NCBI GenBank assembly: GCA_009914755.4
Contig: CP068257.2
Location: 22,336,001-22,400,000 of the forward strand
Length of the DNA stretch: 64,000 nucleotides
Source: the human T2T-CHM13v2.0 reference genome, Homo sapiens
Reading direction: 5' to 3'
Shown here one piece after another: positions 1-14,271 of this stretch. Under the pieces are notes generated by a model that saw nothing but the letters and a program-made list of their open reading frames with translations, was not told where the DNA came from and did not search any database. Positions within the stretch are counted from its first letter, which is position 1. Every line of letters begins with the position of its first letter. The position numbers and the translations under genes were made by a program.

Positions 1-1010
1 CAGTTCTAATTTATACCTGATGTTTCAACACAATAGAAAATAACAGTGCCTTTGACTCTGAACGGAGTGCTATGAATTGAAGAATAGAAATTATATACTC
101 TGTTTCAGCGTGGATACCACAAGGAATGAGGAAATACTTTCCTCTTAACCACAAACCCTCAAAAACACCAACCTTGTTCCTGTTTTGGGAACTCTGTGCT
201 AGACATTATCTTAGTCTAGAATACTTACCAAATTGTCTCAAAACTGCCTCAGGGTTGACAGATTTTTGCTTAAATATAATTTTTCAAAGCTTTTTACTGA
301 CTATATTATTTAGGCATACATTCAACTGAAAATAACATAAAACCCAACTAGTATAGCTGAAAAAGTAAGGGATTTACTTGTTCCATGCACCAAATAGTTT
401 AGAAAGGGTTAGTCGGGCTTGAATGGCAGCTCAATTTTCCATCAAGTACTCAAGAATTTTGTATTCTAGTGTGCTTAAATGAGTACACTTTTGTCCCTAT
501 TCTTATTGCTTCATGATCTTAAGGTAGCCGCTCCATCTGCAAAATCCATGTTTACAATAGTAAAAGGGTTTTCTCATAGTAAGACTTTCAAATTTTACTT
601 GGGAACGAATGCCATCTTCAGAGACATTCACCTGCCTCTTCTTGACTGGAACTATATTGTATGAACACACCAAGATGAAAGAGAATGAGAGAAGCGGGTA
701 TATTTGCATGCAGTCCTGAAAAAAATTGGAATCTGTTAATATGGGAAATAGGGAAACAGATTTGTTGTAAGCAAACGGCAACATACACCACTTTGATCAA
801 CCAAACTCAAATATTCTTATCTCAGCTTCTATGGTTTGAATGTGTCCCCCAAAATTCACATGTTGGGAACTTACTACTCATTGCGGCAGTGTTGAGAGGT
901 GGGGCTTAATAGAAGGTGATTGGGTCACGAAGGCACAGCCCTCATGAAGGCGTTCATGCAGTCACTGTGGCTCAGTTATCACAAGAGCGGGTAGTTATAA
1001 AAGTAGGCCA

Positions 1011-1348
<338 letters not shown>

Positions 1349-1476
1349 TCATGTTTTTTCTCTCATACAAACTCTCTTGCTGTTGTGCGCTGCACCATGG
1401 GATGACCTCACTAGATGCCAGAAACGTGTTCTTTAACTTTCTAGGCTCCAGAGCCATGAGCCGAAATAAACTTGTA

Positions 1477-1780
1477 TTTTTTTTTTTTTTTTTTTTTTTT
1501 CAGACTGAGTCTTGCTCTGTCGCCCAGGCTGGAGTGCAGCCGCGCGATCTCTGCTCACTGCAAGCTCCTCCTCCCGGGTTCACGCCTTTCTGCCTCAGCC
1601 TCCGGAGTAGATGGGACTGCAGGTGCCCACCACCATGGCCGGCTAATTTTGTTTTTGTATTTTTAGTAGAGACGGGGTTTCACCGTGTTAGCCAGGATGG
1701 TCTCGATCTCCTGACCTCGTGATCCGCCCGCCTCGGCCTCCCAAAGTGCTGGGATTACAGGCGTAAGCCACCGTGCCCCA
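1477..1780 (-). mobile_element. Alu SINE (S/Y-like), minus orientation, 24-T tail
   Basis: poly-T 1477-1500 then 'cagactgagtcttgctctgtcgcccaggctggagtgcag...ggattacaggcgtaagccaccgtgcccc'. Confidence 0.9.
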
Positions 1781-2074
1781 CCTGCTATATTCTTAATGAC
1801 TTGATAAGTGTCTAGAATAAATAAATAATTATAGTTTTACATTATATTATTGTATAAATGAATGAGGAAATACATACATGATTGAACAGTCTTGTATTAA
1901 TTAACATAGTAGATGAGACTATAATTTTGAAGGATATCTACTAATAAATATTCAATTATTTATAGTTTTCATAAAGTTGTAGATTCACTGTAAGTCCAAA
2001 AGTTAGCAAATTCTTTTTTAATCATGTTTAATCCTAGAATATTACAGTCATAACTAGGTTGGTGATGCTCTATC

Positions 2075-2295
2075 CCAGTGGTGTCCAATCTTTTGGCTTC
2101 TCTGGGCCACAATGGAAGGAGAAAACTTGTCTTGGGCTACGCATAAAATATATATAACATTGATGATAGCTGATGAGGTTAAAAAAATCACAAAAAAACA
2201 TAATGTTTTAAGAAAGTTTGCAAATTTGTGGTGGGCTGCATTCAATGTGGTCCTGGGCTGCATGTGGCCCATGGGCCTTGGGTTAGACAAGCTTG
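2075..2295 (+). mobile_element. Non-autonomous DNA transposon fragment (MER30-like hAT), tentative
   Basis: 'ccagtggtgtccaatcttttggcttctctgggccacaatggaaggagaaaacttgtcttgggctacgcataaaata...gatgaggttaaaaaaatcacaaaaaaacataatgttttaagaaagtttgcaaatttgtggtgggctgcattcaa...ctgggctgcatgtggcccatgggccttgggttagacaagcttg' resembles the MER30 consensus as I recall it. Confidence 0.4.
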
Positions 2296-3269
2296 CTTTA
2301 TACATCTACTTTAACAATTAAAAGTAGAGAAAAATTATCATAAATTCTGCTATCCTTTGTAGAATCTCTGAATTCAACATTTACTAGAAGTCTCAAAGTT
2401 TGTGTTACACTCAGCATCACATTGAGTGTGACTGCTCAACGGTGGGTCTAATGTGCCACATCTGCATAAAAACCAGAGGTAGCACAGTCACCACCTACAG
2501 TTTCTTCTTATCTTTACTCTTTTCGGATCCTCACTAGTAATGATACTTCATATTGTAATGGCTCCACAAGCTTGGCAGCCATTTCTATGGGGCTCTACTT
2601 GGTAAATGGGACAGGATAATATATCTATGTCTTGTCCAGAACTAGGAAGAAGTGTCGGGATACCAAGAAGAAAAGGAGGAATTAATGCTTCAAGTATTTC
2701 ACAATTGCATTCTTAAGCAAGAACACACAACTCATTGTTTTTCTTCACAGTAAGTCCAAATTTTCTAACATCACTCCTTTTCCGTCTCACACATACACAC
2801 CAATCTATCATCAGATGTGTGTGAATTCAAACAAACTGCCTGTTTTATGAGGTAGTATATTTCAAAAATATTAAGCAATGTCTTTTTCTGTAGTGAGTGT
2901 TTTCTGAAGTCATTTTATCCCTACTCTGTTTCTTGTGGTCAAGAGATGGCTAGATGACTTTCGTCTCAGAAAATAGTTAACATTACAGGAAGGGTACAAT
3001 AAAGTCTCTTTACTTTTAAATTTCGGAAGTTCAGCCACAAGAAGGAACACACAGGACTCCTGTGCACGGACAATGGCTAGAAGAGAAACAGTATGTGAAC
3101 ATGAAAAGCCACATACTTTAAATATTTCCTGTGCCATCAAAAAAGAATGTCAAAGGATAAAAAAATGTAAGTAGATACTGTGGTCCTCCAAGAAAGGGGC
3201 TCACTTGCTGGAAGGGGACTCAGTAGAGAAACTAGAATGCCACATGCATTTGGAGTTACCAGAAAATAG

Positions 3270-3580
<311 letters not shown>

Positions 3581-5829
3581 TCCTCCCTCTTTTTTGAGTT
3601 ATCAACTCAAAGCAAGATGACTTCTTAGTAGAAAGGATGACGAGCCAGAGACATCCTTAAAAATTGTGCATTCTCCATCATGGCATTGAAAAATGAAATG
3701 TTTCCCAAGGCCCTGAGGAGAGTGCTGATGTTGCAGATGCCTTAAATAATGCCTAAGAATTTTCTTTATCTCAATGTGGTGAGAAGGAGGCAGAAGAATG
3801 ATGCCCGTGTACCATGAGTGGCATGGGAAGTCCGCAGAGGTAGAAAAGATAAATAGAGCAGGGACCTTAATGGATCAATGACCAAAACCTGGAAGAGTTA
3901 GTAGATGCCTCAGAGAACTCCAGCAAGAACAGATAACAGAGTACTAGGTGGGGCACCCCTTGCCGGTCCCCATTGCCTATCATCATTGGATATTAGACAC
4001 AACCCTGAGGAAAGAAGTAGATGTTAATTAACTGGAAATATGTTTTCACCACCAGGCAAAATAGGATCTGGAAGTATTATGTCTAGTTACAGAAAATATC
4101 CATTACATTACTTTTACAGCAAATTTATGGACTGAGATTTGTAAACACTATGGTTTTAAACAACATATTCATTGTTTCCTACTTATACCCAGAAAATTCC
4201 AAGAAAGCCATTTGAAAGAGAGATTAGAGCAAGGTATAAGTGAGATGAGAGTATTTTTTTTCTAATAATTTAAGTTTATTCTTAAGGGTACTATGTGTTC
4301 TGCCTTTCTGCATCCAGTAAAAAAAAATATTTAAGACATATTTGCTTTGTTCCATATTTCTTTATTTACTTTATCATTATCCCATGAGTTTACACAAAAA
4401 CTCGAACATATGACAGGGTAAAAAAAATACCGTACCCTTTAAACAGAAGGAGCTTAGAAAATGTTAAGTAACCTTTCACTAAACTTTCTATCATCACATA
4501 CTTTAAATAATTGTGAAAAATTTTCTGTTGTTTGCCAAGTGCCACCAGATGGTCAGGAGGAAAGAGCCAGCAAGAATCCAGCTTATTCTCTGACAACACC
4601 TTTGACAGGTGTAAGCTCCAGATAATCAGAATAGGTACTTCCGTATCTCTTCTCATTCCTCATTCCACGATGTGAAAAGCACATATTAGATCCAACAGTT
4701 CTCATGTGTAACATATGTTCTGTATTTTAATATGAAATAGTTTTTTCATGTCCATTATTCAACAGCTTCCTCTCCAATTGCTGTCGTGACAGGTGGTTGG
4801 CAGTGGCTCAGAAAGGAATCCAATAAGAAATAAAGAAGAATTAAACAAGCATCAGCCCTATGAGAAGCATGCCGGAAGTATCAGGAATTAACACTTCTAA
4901 GAGCAACCTTTAATCAACGACAAAGTAGGAGGCTAAATATCCCATGTTTTATTTTACCCCCATGAGGGACATCTCTGATGTATGCACACGTACACCCTCC
5001 TGAAGATCTCTAGCAGGACAGATGCCTAATTGCTAATAGCTGTAACCTGCTATTAACATATCCTCATTAGATTACTTCATTGCCCTGACTTACTTCCTCA
5101 CTACACTGCCAGTGTTTTCTGAGATCACCTTCCATATAAAGCTTCATCCAAACCCTTACTGCTGTGTCTGCTGCTGGTAGAAGCCAGCTTATATCATCCA
5201 CAATTTCCTGAACTGAGGCAAATGCAAGTACCTTCTCTGTGGAATATTGTGACTCTTTCACAGTACCAGGGAAACTAGGGTTCCCCTCTAGGTTCAGGGT
5301 CCCATTGCCCTTGCGGTTTGCTGTCCATGAATAACAGGACCAGCTCCATGGACCTACATCCAGTGCAATAGCACAGGCTCCCATACTCAGAAAGTGCCCT
5401 CATACTTGGTGCTTAGTGCTCTCCATTTGCTGTCTTAAAATTCTTAATAATGCTATGTTTGCACTTGTGTTTTGTTCAATTTGTTTGAACTTTGCATTTT
5501 GGGGAAATTGAGCACTTACAGGAGGCTTAAGGGACTTAGCTCAAATGCAGCTGGATCTCCTGCCACTTCTCTGACTCTCCCAGGATGGTTTCTTGGCTGC
5601 CAAACCTGTACCCCTGACCCAGACACTGCTGCCAGATGGGCTTAGTAGGGGCCTGGGCTGGTTGCAAGAAATGTCAAGATTGGGTGCTCACCCTGTGCAT
5701 GCTGAGTTTTCCAGCAGAGTGCAGGCACCTATGAGGGTTTGTACTCATCCTGTGGGCATCACCATACCTAAGGGAGCACGTGTCATTAGATAGCAAATGA
5801 AACATCCATGAGAGGTATATTAGTTGCTC

Positions 5830-6295
5830 ATTTGATGCCACAAAAATTACGGCAAATTTAGTAGCTTAAAACAATGCAAATTTATTCTCTTATAGTTATG
5901 TAAATTAAGAATCTAAAATGGGTCTCTCTGGGCTTAAATCAAGTTTCCAGGACTGTATTTCTTTCTGGAAGCTCTAAAGTAGAACACATTTTCTTGCCTT
6001 TTCCAAGCTCTAGAGGCAGCCTACATTCCTTGGCTTACGGCTTCTTCCATCTTCAAAGGCAGCTATGGCTTGTCAAGTCTTTCTTACACTGTGTCACTCT
6101 GACACTGATTTTATGCTACCTTTTTCCACATTAAACCACTTCTGAGATAATATTGAGTTCAACAATATAATCCAGCATAATGCTTCATTTTAAAATTAGC
6201 TGATTTGCAACAGTAATTCTTGTTATGCCATGAAAGCAAGATTTCATCAGGTTCTAGGGATTAGGACGTGCATAATTTAGAGAGACAATTATCCT
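5830..6295 (-). mobile_element. MLT1-type MaLR LTR, minus orientation
   Basis: 'aatttattctcttatagtt...ttccaggactgtatttctttctggaagctc...cttggcttacggcttcttccatcttcaaaggc...gggattaggacgtgcataatttagagagacaattatcc' is collinear with the reverse complement of the MLT1 consensus (compare the minus-strand copy at 16535-16950). Confidence 0.5.
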
Positions 6296-6344
6296 TCCTA
6301 CCACAAAAGGTTGAGAGAGAGACTGCCGAAAAAGGAAAAAAAAT

Positions 6345-6530
6345 ACAAAAAGATATATTTTAAAAATTAGCTGGTTGTGGTGACAAGTGCCTGTGGTCCC
6401 CATTACTCCAGAGTCTAAGGTGGGAAAATCATTTGAGCCGAGGTGTTTGAGTCTGCAGTGAGCTGTGATTGTGCCACTGCACTCCAGCCTACGTCACAGA
6501 GCAAGACCTTGTCTCCAAAAAAAAAACAAT
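6345..6530 (+). mobile_element. Partial Alu (right monomer only)
   Basis: 'aaaaatacaaaaag...aaaaattagctggttgtggtgacaagtgcctgtggtcccc...gccactgcactccagcctacgtcacagagcaagaccttgtctccaaaaaaaaaa'. Confidence 0.6.
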
Positions 6531-7020
6531 TAAAAAAGGAAAAAACAATTCTGCCATTAAAGCAAGAGACTCACATTATCTTTTGCACTGGACCATGTGT
6601 AGCCAACTCTGGAAAAGGCCTAAGTAGACCCTACACTGACTCTTCTCCTCGTCCGCATCTAGTTCACAGGAAACATTCATGCATCCTTTGCTTCCATAAG
6701 TCCTGGGGCAGCACCCTCTCCCTTGCTCTATGGATGTCTTGTCTTTCTAAGGCATGAGTTCATACATCAGATTTCATCTCTCTCAATTCAGGACCTCTAC
6801 ATTCTCCCATAGAAGTTTACTCACCAGACTTGCAGCGAAAGAGGTAGCATCCTTTATCCTTGCCTGCTGAGTACTCACAGTGCACAGCAACAGCTCTCAC
6901 AAGAAATATTTTCCCACAATTCACCGTATCCACTTCGACAGCTTCTGTATATCTTCAATGCACTAGTTTCCTGTGACTGCTGTAACAAATAATCAAAAAC
7001 TAGGTGACTTAAAGCAAATT

Positions 7021-7340
7021 GGCTCAGTGTGGTGGCTCACGCATGTGATCTCAGCCCTTTGGGAGGCTGAGGTGCAAGAACTTCTTGAGCCCAGGAGTTC
7101 AAGACCAGCCTGAGCAACATAGTGAGACCCATGTCTCTATAATTTTTTTTTTAATTAGCTGGGCTTGGTGGCACATATCTGTGGTCACAGCTATTTGGAA
7201 GGCTGAGGTGGAGGATCGCTTGAGACCAGGAAGTTCAAGGCTGCAATCCAGCTGTGTTCATGCCACTAAACTCCAGCCTAGGTGACAGAGTGAAATCCCA
7301 TCTCAAAACAAAGAATGAAAGAAAAGAAAATAAAGAAACA
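7021..7340 (+). mobile_element. Alu SINE (older subfamily), plus orientation
   Basis: 'ggctcagtgtggtggctcacgcatgtgatctcagccctttgggaggctgaggtgcaag...gccactaaactccagcctaggtgacagagtgaaatcccatctcaaaa'. Confidence 0.85.
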
Positions 7341-7378
7341 GAATTTTTTTTTCTATACTTCCAGAATCTGAAATTGAC

Positions 7379-7758
<380 letters not shown>

Positions 7759-8242
7759 CTAGGACAGAATACATTCATGTGTCTTCCAGCTTCTGATGGC
7801 AGCCTGAATTTCTTCCCTCATAAACCACATTGCTCCAATTTTCAAGGTCAGTCTCTTCAATTTTTTTTTTTTTTTTTGCTTCTTCTGTCTCTTTTTTAAG
7901 GAGACAGGTATTTGCATTTAGGGTTCAACCAAACAACCCAGGATAATACCCTCATTTCAAGATCATTAACTTGACATCATCTGCAAAAACTTTGTCATGT
8001 AACATTGACAGACTGCAAGGATTAAGACTTAGATTTTGGGGGAGAGGTTGAGGTAGGGAATTTTCAGCCTGCAACAGTTTATTTGACTCTGTAATGAACA
8101 TTCAGGAGCTGAAGGGCATATGGCCTGATCATACAATTCTAAACTTTTTAAAACTTAGGTACCAGAGACATTCCTGCAGGCCTCACTTGATGGTTAAGAA
8201 ATGGATTAGGGGAGTAGTTCTTCCTGGATGACTGTCACTTGC

Positions 8243-10020
8243 TTATATGGTTTGGCTTTGTCCCCACCAAAGTCTCAACTTGAATTGTAACTCCCATAAT
8301 TCCCACGTGTTGTGGGAGGGATCAAGTGGGAGGTATTGAATCATGGGGGTGGTTTCCCCTATACTGTTCTCATGGTAGTGAATCAGTCTCATGAGAGCTG
8401 ATGATTTTATAAGGGATTTCCCCTTTTGCTTGGCTTTCATTATCTCTTGACTGCAGCCATCCATGTAAGTTGTGACTTTGCTCCTCCTTGCCTTCTGCTG
8501 TGATTCTGAGGCCTCCCCAGACATGTGGAACTGTGAGTCAATTAAATCTCTTTCCTTTATAAATTACCCCGTCTCAGGTATGTCTTTATCAGCAGTGTGA
8601 AAATGGACTAATACAGTAAATTGGACTGGTAAAGTGGGGTGCGCCATAAAGATACCCAAAAATATGAAAGCGACTTTGGAATTGGGTAATAGGCAAAGGT
8701 TGGAACAGTTTGGAGGGCTCAGAAGAAGATAGGAAAATGTGGGAAAGTTTGGAACTTCTTAGAAACTTTCATGGCTTTGACCAAAATGCTGATAGTAATA
8801 TCGATAATAAAGTCCAGGCTGAGGTGGTCTCAGATTGAGATGAGGAACTGGTTGGGAACTGAAACAAAGGTGACTCTTGCTGTTTTAGCAAAGAGACTGA
8901 CAGCATTTTGCCCCTGCCGTAGAGATTTGTGGAACTTTGAACTTGAGGGAGATGATTTAGGGTATCTGGCAGAAGAAATTTCTAAGCAGTAAAGCAATCA
9001 AGAGGTGACTTGAGTACTCTTAAAAGCATTCAGTTTTATGCATTCACAGACAGATGGTTTGGAATTGGAATTGGAACTTATGTTTAAAAGGGAAGCAGAG
9101 CATTCTGCTTTCACAGGCTGGCACTGAGTGACTGTAGCTTTTTCAGGTGCATGGGGCAAGCTATCAGCATTAACTCAAAAGTCCACAGTCCAAAGTCTCA
9201 TCTGAGACAAGGCAAGTCCCTTCTGCCTATAAGCCTGTAAACTCAATTGCAAGTTAGTTAATTCCTAGATACAATGTGGGTATAGGCATTGGGTAAATAC
9301 AACCATTCCAAATGGGAAAAATTGGCCATAAAAAATGAGATACAGGTCCCATGCAAGTCTGAAATCCAGTGAGGCAGTCAAATCTTAAAGCTCCAAAATG
9401 ATCTTCTTTGACTCCAAGTCTCACATCCAGGTCATGGTGGATTGTATTTAGGAAGTATCTAGGAAGTAACTAACTTGCAATTGATTTTACAGGCTCATAG
9501 GCAGAAGGGAATTGCCTTGTCTCAGATGAGACTTTGGACTGTGGACTTTTGAGTTAATGCTGAAATGAGTTAAAACTTTGGGGTACTGTTGGGAAGGCAT
9601 GATTGGTTTTGAAATGTGAGGACATGAGATTTGGGAGGGGCCAGGGGGAGAATAGTATGGTTTGACTCTGTCCCCACCCAAATCTCACCTTAAATTTTAG
9701 CTCCCATAATTCTCATGTGTTATGGGAGGAACCTAGTGGGAGATAATTGAATCATAGGTGCCGTTTCCCCCATACTGTTCTTGTGGTAAGTCTCATGAGA
9801 TCTGATGATTTTACAAGGGTATCCCCTTTCTGCATGGCTCCCATTCTCTCTTGACTGCTGCCATCCATGGAAGATATGACTTTGCTCCTCCTTTCCTCCT
9901 CCTATGATTGTGAGGCCTCCCCAGCCTTGTGGAACTGTGAGTCAATCAAACCTCTTTTCTTTATACATTACCAAGTCTTGGGTATGTCTTTATCAGCAGT
10001 GTGAAAACGGATTAATACAC
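8243..10020 (+). mobile_element. THE1/MST-class MaLR retrotransposon (number 1), LTR-internal-LTR, with a rearranged internal region
   Basis: 5' LTR about 8243-8616 ('ttatatggtttggctttgtccccaccaaagtctcaacttgaattgtaactcccataattcccacgtgttgtgggaggga...gtatgtctttatcagcagtgtgaaaatggactaatacag'). Internal region starts 'taaattggactggtaaagtggggtgcgccataaagatacccaaaaatatgaaagcgactttggaattgggtaataggcaaaggttggaacagtttggagggctcagaagaag'. 3' LTR about 9653-10020 ends '...gtgaaaacggattaatacac'. Confidence 0.85.
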
Positions 10021-10291
10021 TTGTCTACAGTTTCTGTAGCTTAAGTATCAGCGGTGGGGTCTGAGACCTGGGTTTTTGCTATTTACAGGCCTTCCCAGAG
10101 ATGGGAATAAATAGGAATCCAAGGTGAAAAAAAAAATGCCTTCCACGTTTCTCTAAATTGCTTTTGTAATTTCTTCATATGATGAGGTCTCTCTTTCCCT
10201 CACTCTGGCAATTCATAACTCTTCTATTGGCTCCTCAGTCAAAACAGACATAATGAGAGTTCCATTTGCCATTAGTTATTCAGAAGAATAA

Positions 10292-10617
<326 letters not shown>

Positions 10618-10968
10618 TGAACATTTTTAAATTTATCAATCATCATCACTCAGTTATGATAAGTGCTAAGTGTACAAATAATAACCTGGATAGTAACTTG
10701 AGGACACAACTTGAAAAGGTCATGTTACTAATGAATAACTCCATTGGCTAGAGAGATCACTGTCAGGTTAAAAGTTTCAGAAGTATATGTGAATAGTAGT
10801 GTCCATAAAATGCAAATGTATGTAGCTAAATGATTTTAGGAATTTCCTGTATTCTCTCAACTCAGTGGTTTTTATCTGGAAATGAATACAATTAATGTTC
10901 TTGCAAAGGTAATATAAAAGTGCAAAATGAAGTAAAAACTGTAAAAAGCACTTTGCACTAACTCCTTC

Positions 10969-10971
<3 letters not shown>

Positions 10972-11005
<34 letters not shown>

Positions 11006-11288
11006 AGACGGAGTCTCGCTCTGTCGCCCACGCTGGAGTGCAGTGGCGCGATCTCGGCTCACTGCAAGCTCTGCCTCCCGAGTTCACACCATTCTCCTGC
11101 CTCAGCCTTCTGAGTAGCTGGGACTACAGGCACCCGCCACCAGATCTGGATAATTTTTTTTGTATTTTTTAGTAGAGACAGGGTTTCACAGTGTTAGCCA
11201 GGATGGTCTCCATCTCCTGACCTCGTGATCCGCCTGCCTCGGCCTCCCAAAGTGCTGGGATTACAGGCGTGAGCCACCGCACCTGACC
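10972..11288 (-). mobile_element. AluY-like SINE, minus orientation, with an uninterrupted 33-T tail
   Basis: T33 at 10972-11004 then 'gagacggagtctcgctctgtcgcccacgctggagtgcagtggcgcgatctcggctcactgcaagctctgcctcccgag...gattacaggcgtgagccaccgcacctgacc', near consensus. Confidence 0.9.
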
Positions 11289-11794
11289 TGAAATATTTCT
11301 AAATATCACAGAAAAAGAAATGTCCAGTGATAATCTAATATATGGTGCTTAGACAGAAAATAAAAGGCACTCACTGGATTACATTTTTCTAAGCAATTTT
11401 AGAAGAGTATCGTTATGTATTTTTTCTAGTATTTTAAAATACATGTTTTTACTACAACATTTTTGCAAGAGGCAAGTGTGTATTGGCCCTGTAAAGACTG
11501 TGGAAAATTATTTCAGTGTGATTCACTATGAAAATACTAAATCAGCATTACTAGCAGGGGTGCTCCATCAATGGTGCACAAGAGAATGGCTAAGTATTGA
11601 TTTTCTTCCCCGACAGGGGTCCCAACCTCATTTTACCAATATGCCTGAAGTTCTCCCTTCTGTTTTCTAGTTTGTTCTGCCAAGTTCCATAAAATTGTAT
11701 TCCATCATATTTGTTCGCTATTACTTCCTTAAATATTTCTATCAGAAAGTCCGTATAGCTTTAGGACATGAGCTTTGGCAATATAAACGTGGTT

Positions 11795-12000
11795 CAAATT
11801 TTAGCTCCATTTCCACTCTTTACTGGTTTGCAACCTGTTGAAGTTACTTAAACTCTCCGAACTTCAACTGCCTCATCTGTGAAATGGGAGTAATCAAAAT
11901 TTACTCATAGAACTTTGTTAGGATAATAAAAGAAAAGAAAAATGCAAAGGGTGCTGCCCATTGCCTGCCACATGCTAATTATATAATCTAATAAATGTTG
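11795..12000 (+). mobile_element. MIR SINE fragment
   Basis: '...aactgcctcatctgtgaaatgggagtaatcaaaatttactcatagaactttgttaggataataaa...gtgctgcccattgcctgccacatgctaattatataatctaataaatgttg' matches the MIR core/3' region (cctcatctgtaaaatggggataataatagtacctacctcatagggttgttgtgaggattaaatga...gtgcctggcacatagtaagcgctcaataaatg). Confidence 0.5.
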
Positions 12001-14271
12001 TCTTCATTGTTACTCTAATTATGACTACCATAAAATTAGTAGTTTTGCATCATATAAAACTACAGAATCTACAATTAGTTGTGCAAATATTCTACTTCAG
12101 ACTAGAAGTAAATATACAGAAAATTTCTTTTTCAGTTTAACAATTCAAATGTTAAAAATAACTTTAAAAATCAGAAAAGGAAAATTTACATTTGTGAATT
12201 CAATTATGTTCCAAAAACAATAGCTATATATGTTTATCTCAGTGGAATTACTTGTGTATATTTGTACTTTTCCAAGTCATGTACTCCGTTAAAATATTTT
12301 GTCCGAGGAAAATGATGGTCTGCAACAGGTGCAATGTCTATTCAACATCATCTATAGTCCAGTCTCTTCTATGCTGTAAATGGATCATGAGCAGACAGAT
12401 GACAGTGGTAGATAAATTGTGTTTCAATACGTAGTTTCTTTCACATCTCTGGAAGAGCTACTATATAATAATTTTACTACCACCTAACTAAAGGTGTTTG
12501 CTCTTATATTTAGAGCACTCACAAATGAAAATGTCCTGAACCTGACCACGTGGATACAATAAATTCAACTAAAATATTCTATATTAGAATATATAATAGG
12601 TAAATCATTTTAACCTTCCAAGAATTCAAACAACATTGTTTTATAAAAAGTATTATCTCTTGCTTATAGGAGAGGTATTCTCATGATAAATACTAAATTA
12701 GTATATAGATATTATAGAATTATTTCATCAATGTACGATAAAGTGTATTCAAATTTGAGTTCTCAAAAGACTTTTCAATTGCAATCCTTCATTGTGAATC
12801 CAGTCTTTCTTGGCCAGAAATATCAGCACTGTAATTAAAACATACGTTTTAGTTAAATGGATATCTGAGGCTTCGAGAGAGAATATATTTCAAAGTTAAG
12901 TAAGGAGATTTAATTATTTTTAAAAAGGCAATAATAACAAATTCGCCATAGCTATAGCTTATTCATATGTACGAGTGTGTATTGTTTGTTGAAATCTGTA
13001 TGAAAAATGGTTTCATGAATATGCTTTAGGAAATTAAACATTTTAGTTGACATATAATAGTCTAAGAATATTATAAAGTGATTATAAATCTGTAAATCAA
13101 TGGAAACATTTACGTTATTTTGACAAATAGTATAAATATTAAAACTTTGTAGGGCTTAATCAGATAATATTCAATATCATAATGAAGTTCAGTTCATCAA
13201 TTCAGACTCTATTGCAATATATGAAGTATTCAAAAGAGAAGAGAACCCCAGAATTAGTTGTATTTTAGTTTTGTATTTTCATGTTTATATGAAATATGGG
13301 GGCTTAAAATTTTATTGAATTTAGAAAAGTTCAAATGGTCAATTTTTGAAGACTTAAATCAGAACTCTACAAAATTATATTGCTTTCATCTTCCTTGATC
13401 TCTGGCTCAACTGAGTGGTTAAAAGCATCACCTTGCAAGTGGATTCAGCACATACCTGAGTTAATCTTTATACATTTACTCTCTACAGGAATAGCACATC
13501 CTAATTTTTCTGCAAAAGTGGAGTGTATATGACAGTAGGGTTGGGGGCGGGGATGAATAAATGTTTATAAAAGTACACTGAAATTTCATTTTTGCTAGAT
13601 GATTTCTATCTGATGAAAGATTTCTACAAGAAATAGCATACCTAAAAAATTATTTTGGAAGCAAACATCAGTAGTTTCATTTGTATGTATTTCTTTTCAT
13701 TCACATAAAAGACTTTTAATGTTCCTGAGCATGGCTTTGTAATCAAAACTCTTACCATACAGAAAATGCTGTAGATTGGATCCAGAATAAGCATAAACAA
13801 ATATACTAAAGACTTACGTAAAATGAAGTTGTTTGAAAAAAAATTAATACACCTGAAGGAAAAAGTGTTCTATTTCACATTTAAGTTCTGCTTATGGGAA
13901 ATAAAATTGTTGATCTATTGCTATATGGTTCCTTAAAATTAATTGCACCTGTTACCAATTATTTGTCATTTCACAAATGTCAACATATAAAGAATATGGT
14001 TACAAAATGTTGGAGATGCCAACAAATTTGAGTTACAGCACAAAGGGCCCAGAAACACGATTTTGAATACGAAATACTGTCTTACACTAAATTAGATCTT
14101 GCTTACTGTAATTTAAATTTGTCCTGTTTCTCCCCAGTGACCTAAACTTAGCTCTTTTGCTACACATTTCTATGTTGCTTATAGAAAATTTATCGCATAT
14201 TTTTTGTTATTTTTAATTGTTATCCTGTCTGAATGTAGTGTCTGGAGTGAACAAAAGACCATTTTCACATT

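Noticed and set aside
1351-1722. ORFs rich in '[20 protein letters not shown]' or '[15 protein letters not shown]' motifs scattered across the window
   Set aside because: These are the well-known conceptual translations of Alu elements in either orientation, not genes.
9487-9681. Two ORFs with near-identical peptides (9487-9681 minus and 25437-25628 plus: 'M..D..KPYY...CPHISKP.MPSQQ...LTHFSI..KVHS.KSHLRQG.SL.PMSL') looked like a conserved small protein
   Set aside because: Both are the same frame through the reverse complement of the THE1-int 3' end and LTR junction, in an inverted internal segment of element 1 and in the minus-oriented element 2. This is repeat-derived.
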